Positions 59,689 through 64,000 of a stretch of 64,000 nucleotides of DNA are shown in pieces. This DNA comes from an uncultured delta proteobacterium (GTDB taxonomy: Bacteria > Myxococcota_A > Polyangia > Fen-1088). Made by a program: the position numbers and the translations under genes. The notes beneath the pieces were generated by a model. That model was not told the origin of the DNA. It worked only from the letters and a program-made list of their open reading frames with translations, and made no database searches. Where the stretch lies: positions 192,001 to 256,000 of the forward strand of contig CAVWIP010000001.1 of assembly GCA_963755125.1 (NCBI GenBank), read 5' to 3'. Every line of letters starts with the position of its first letter. The first letter of the stretch is position 1.

Positions 59689-61778
59689 TCCGGGGTCTCC
59701 TTGTTTGCGTCGGGCGTGGACCATTGCAGGGTGAAGAACACAGAGCGGCCGGGCAGGGGATACCCGGTGAAATCGACGACCGGCGTGTTGGCCAGATTGT
59801 GTGCGCTGGCCACCAGGCGCAGCCCCCACTGGGGCGCTTCGATCTGGCCGCCCACGCCGAAGAGCACGCGCGGGTTGACTTCGACCAGATTGGCCGAGTC
59901 GAGGTAGTTGCCGCTGGTTGCGTCCAGATCGGCGTAGAGACCCCAGCGCCAGCGACCCGCGAGACGAAGATTGCTCAGTTCAGGGCGCGCGTAGGCGCGC
60001 AAACGCGGCCGGTTGGGGAGCTGTTTGCCGTAGCTTCCACTCGCGTCTTCCGTGTCGCGGGCATCGGTGAAAGTGGTTTGCCCGAAGAAGCGAAAACGGT
60101 TTCGCCAGTCGAGCGTGGCCGAGGTCTCCGCGCCCAGGATGCGCGCGCTGCCCAGATTGCCCGGCCGCATGTAGGTCCCGACCTGGCGGAAATAGATGAG
60201 GTTGCGCGCCCAGTCGGCAAACAGGGCACCGTCAAGAGAAAGTCGCAGGCGCGCGCCCGTGCAGGTCCAGTTTGCGCCCGCGTCCGCGTTGGTGCCGGTC
60301 TCGGGCACCAGATCGGGATTGCCCAGCAACTGGCCGGTGTTGCCGTAGCGTTCGACCATCGAGGGCAGACGGCCGTAGCGTCCCAGATTTGCGCGCAGGG
60401 TGAGCTGTTCACTCGCCCATTGCACAAGGGCCAAGCGCGCGTTGGGTAGAAGGTAGTTGGCGGAACTGGTATCGGCGCCCATCAGGCGATAGCGTTCTGG
60501 GCGCGTGATCTCGTCCTCGGCGGCCTCCAGGCGCAGCGATGGGATCACAGCCAGACGCAGAGGTTGCGCCACGAAGCGCGCCTCCACGCCTCCAGCTCCA
60601 AAAACGCGCGAGCCAGGCGGAATGGAAGCGGCGCCAGGCAGAGTGCTGGAAGGATCGAACTGTTCATAGCGGCCATCGCCGACGGCTGAGAGGGTCAGCC
60701 ACCCGCTTACTGGCTTCGAGCCGGCGAGCGTGAAGCCGGAGCTGGCCGAGAGATCCCGCGTCTGCGTGGGCACGCCGCTCGACAGATCGCCGTACGGATC
60801 GTCGAGGCGCTGCCAGGTGGCGACGGTGTAGAGCTGGGCGCGCAGGCGGCTGCCTGGGCCGAGGTTGTCACGCGCCTGGTAGGCAGCCGTGGCGAGCAGC
60901 CGGTCGGTGCCGAGCGATGCTCCGTGCGCTTGCACCGAGCCCGCGGGTGGCACGCCCTGATTTCGGAAAAGGAAGCTGGCTGTGCCCCAGATCTGTCGAC
61001 GCTCAGGCAGCAGGCCGACCACGTGCACCAGGCCATCCATCTGTTGGAGGGCATTGTTCTCGCGGCGACTGATGGAATCGTCGCCGGGGGTGAAACTGGT
61101 TGCGTTGTCGTTGTGATAGGTGAAGTCGCCGGCTGAGCCAAACTCGTTCACGCTGGCAAGCGCGCGCAGTTTGTTGCCAGCCCAGCGTGCCTGCACCCCG
61201 CCGAACTCGGTGCCGAACGAGCCTCCGCCCACATAGGCGCGTGTACCCGAGTCGGTTGCGCTGGCGCTCGACAACGACACGATGCCGCCCATGGCCGAGG
61301 TGCCGAACCCGATGGGGCTCATGCCCCGGTAGACCTCGACGGACTCCAGATCCACGACGGGGATGAGCCCGATGTCCACACCGCCGCCCGAGGCCGCCGA
61401 GAGCGGCACGCCATCGAAGTAGACCTCTACCTGGTTGGCCGACGATCCGCGTAGCGACAGCGTGGCAAAGGAGCCAAGCCCGCCTAGGCGCGTGACCGAG
61501 ACGCCCGGCAACTCCGAGAGGAGTTGGGGCAGATCCTCGGCACTGCGCGGGGTGCGCGTGGCCGTGACGACGGAGGACGAGGCCGCATCATCTTGGCGCG
61601 CGCGGTTGTCGACCGCTGGCTCGGCCACCACCACGGTGTCGTAGAGCGGTTCGGCCTGGGCGGCGCCCGCCGCCGTGCACAGGGCCGCCGCCGCGAACGC
61701 GGCGCCGATGTGGAAAGGAATGTGTGTGTGGGCCGTCCCGGCAATCTCCGCGCCGGCCGTCACCCGTTTCGACCACAT
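59685..61778 (-). CDS. btuB: TonB-dependent cobalamin receptor
   Basis: DTVVV TonB box, plug LPGV..SLRG..DGVP, GNPDLVPE, YPLPGR; first gene after the riboswitch. Confidence 0.88.
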   Translation of the reverse strand: MWSKRVTAGAEIAGTAHTHIPFHIGAAFAAAALCTAAGAAQAEPLYDTVVVAEPAVDNRARQDDAASSSVVTATRTPRSAEDLPQLLSELPGVSVTRLGGLGSFATLSLRGSSANQVEVYFDGVPLSAASGGGVDIGLIPVVDLESVEVYRGMSPIGFGTSAMGGIVSLSSASATDSGTRAYVGGGSFGTEFGGVQARWAGNKLRALASVNEFGSAGDFTYHNDNATSFTPGDDSISRRENNALQQMDGLVHVVGLLPERRQIWGTASFLFRNQGVPPAGSVQAHGASLGTDRLLATAAYQARDNLGPGSRLRAQLYTVATWQRLDDPYGDLSSGVPTQTRDLSASSGFTLAGSKPVSGWLTLSAVGDGRYEQFDPSSTLPGAASIPPGSRVFGAGGVEARFVAQPLRLAVIPSLRLEAAEDEITRPERYRLMGADTSSANYLLPNARLALVQWASEQLTLRANLGRYGRLPSMVERYGNTGQLLGNPDLVPETGTNADAGANWTCTGARLRLSLDGALFADWARNLIYFRQVGTYMRPGNLGSARILGAETSATLDWRNRFRFFGQTTFTDARDTEDASGSYGKQLPNRPRLRAYARPELSNLRLAGRWRWGLYADLDATSGNYLDSANLVEVNPRVLFGVGGQIEAPQWGLRLVASAHNLANTPVVDFTGYPLPGRSVFFTLQWSTPDANKETPE

Positions 61779-61861
61779 GAAAGACCCCCGTTCCGTCGGC
61801 GGAAGCGGGGGCCATGGCTGCAAGCTCGGCGCCCGCTCCTCCTCGGGAAGGCATCGTGGTT

Positions 61862-62062
61862 GACACGGGCAGGTCTCCTGGCTCGTGGGTCTTGCGGCAA
61901 TGCCGCATCGCCTTTTCCAGCCTTCCCAGAGGTTGTCCTCCAGTGGCCCAATCGGAAAAGACTTCCCACTCACAGTGGCGGGACCGCGCCGGGATGACAC
62001 CCTGGGGTGCGCACCGGCTTCCCTTTTTCAGCGGGGCCGTCGAGGCCCCGCGCCCGTGTCGC
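61862..62062 (-). ncRNA. Cobalamin riboswitch
   Basis: AGGGAAGCCGGTG..CCCGCCACTGTGA..GCCACTGG..GGGAAGG..GAGCCAGGAGACCTGCC; P1 GACACGGGC/GCCCGTGTC. Confidence 0.93.
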
Positions 62063-62172
62063 TATTCAGTTGTCAGTGCGGCGTCAAGCTAGTCTTCGCC
62101 TCTGGGACTGTCAAGCGTGTCACGGCGAGCGATTTTTGTTACGCCTGGATCGTTTCTGCTAGTGTGCCAGGC

Positions 62173-64000
<1,828 letters not shown>

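Noticed and set aside
61779..62000. N-terminal extension of the btuB ORF in the ORF track
   Set aside because: Overlaps the riboswitch; ATG at 61778 followed by a signal-like segment is more plausible

Overview
High-GC bacterial chromosome segment whose gene content (FHA-GAF-sigma54 activator, Ser/Thr kinases, AgmX-like domain, IF3 with AUC start) points to Myxococcota (inference). Bases 1-11,000 are an accessory region built from tandem units. Each unit ends in a UPF0175/DUF3368 toxin-antitoxin module or its deleted remnant, followed by a 187-bp direct repeat (742-928 and 10797-10983) that ends in a 24-bp tRNA 3' fragment. The 10-kb unit between the repeats has no integrase. It carries a Fic protein, a decaying type I R-M system, a DUF2806 gene and a DUF4145 gene split by a complete IS3 element. 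The rest is mostly core genome: ihfB, hrpB, ubiB-like kinase, rnc, cca, kinases, deaD, fadD, comF, tRNA-Val-thrS-infC-rpmI-rplT-pheST-ihfA-merR-tRNA-Pro-surE-pcm-nlpD-apt, dtd, tRNA-Arg, an Fe-ADH, ygiQ, a cobalamin-riboswitch-controlled Btu uptake operon and lon. Main finds: (1) the integrase-less, tRNA-att-bounded tandem defence cassette layout; (2) a circularly permuted GH45 glycoside hydrolase lipoprotein; (3) a small palindromic repeat element inserted in frame in HrpB, with a second intergenic copy; (4) several gene stubs left by deletions; (5) leaderless-type promoters and a dtd start codon 2 nt after a tRNA CCA. All family assignments come from motif recognition by eye; no database searches were run.
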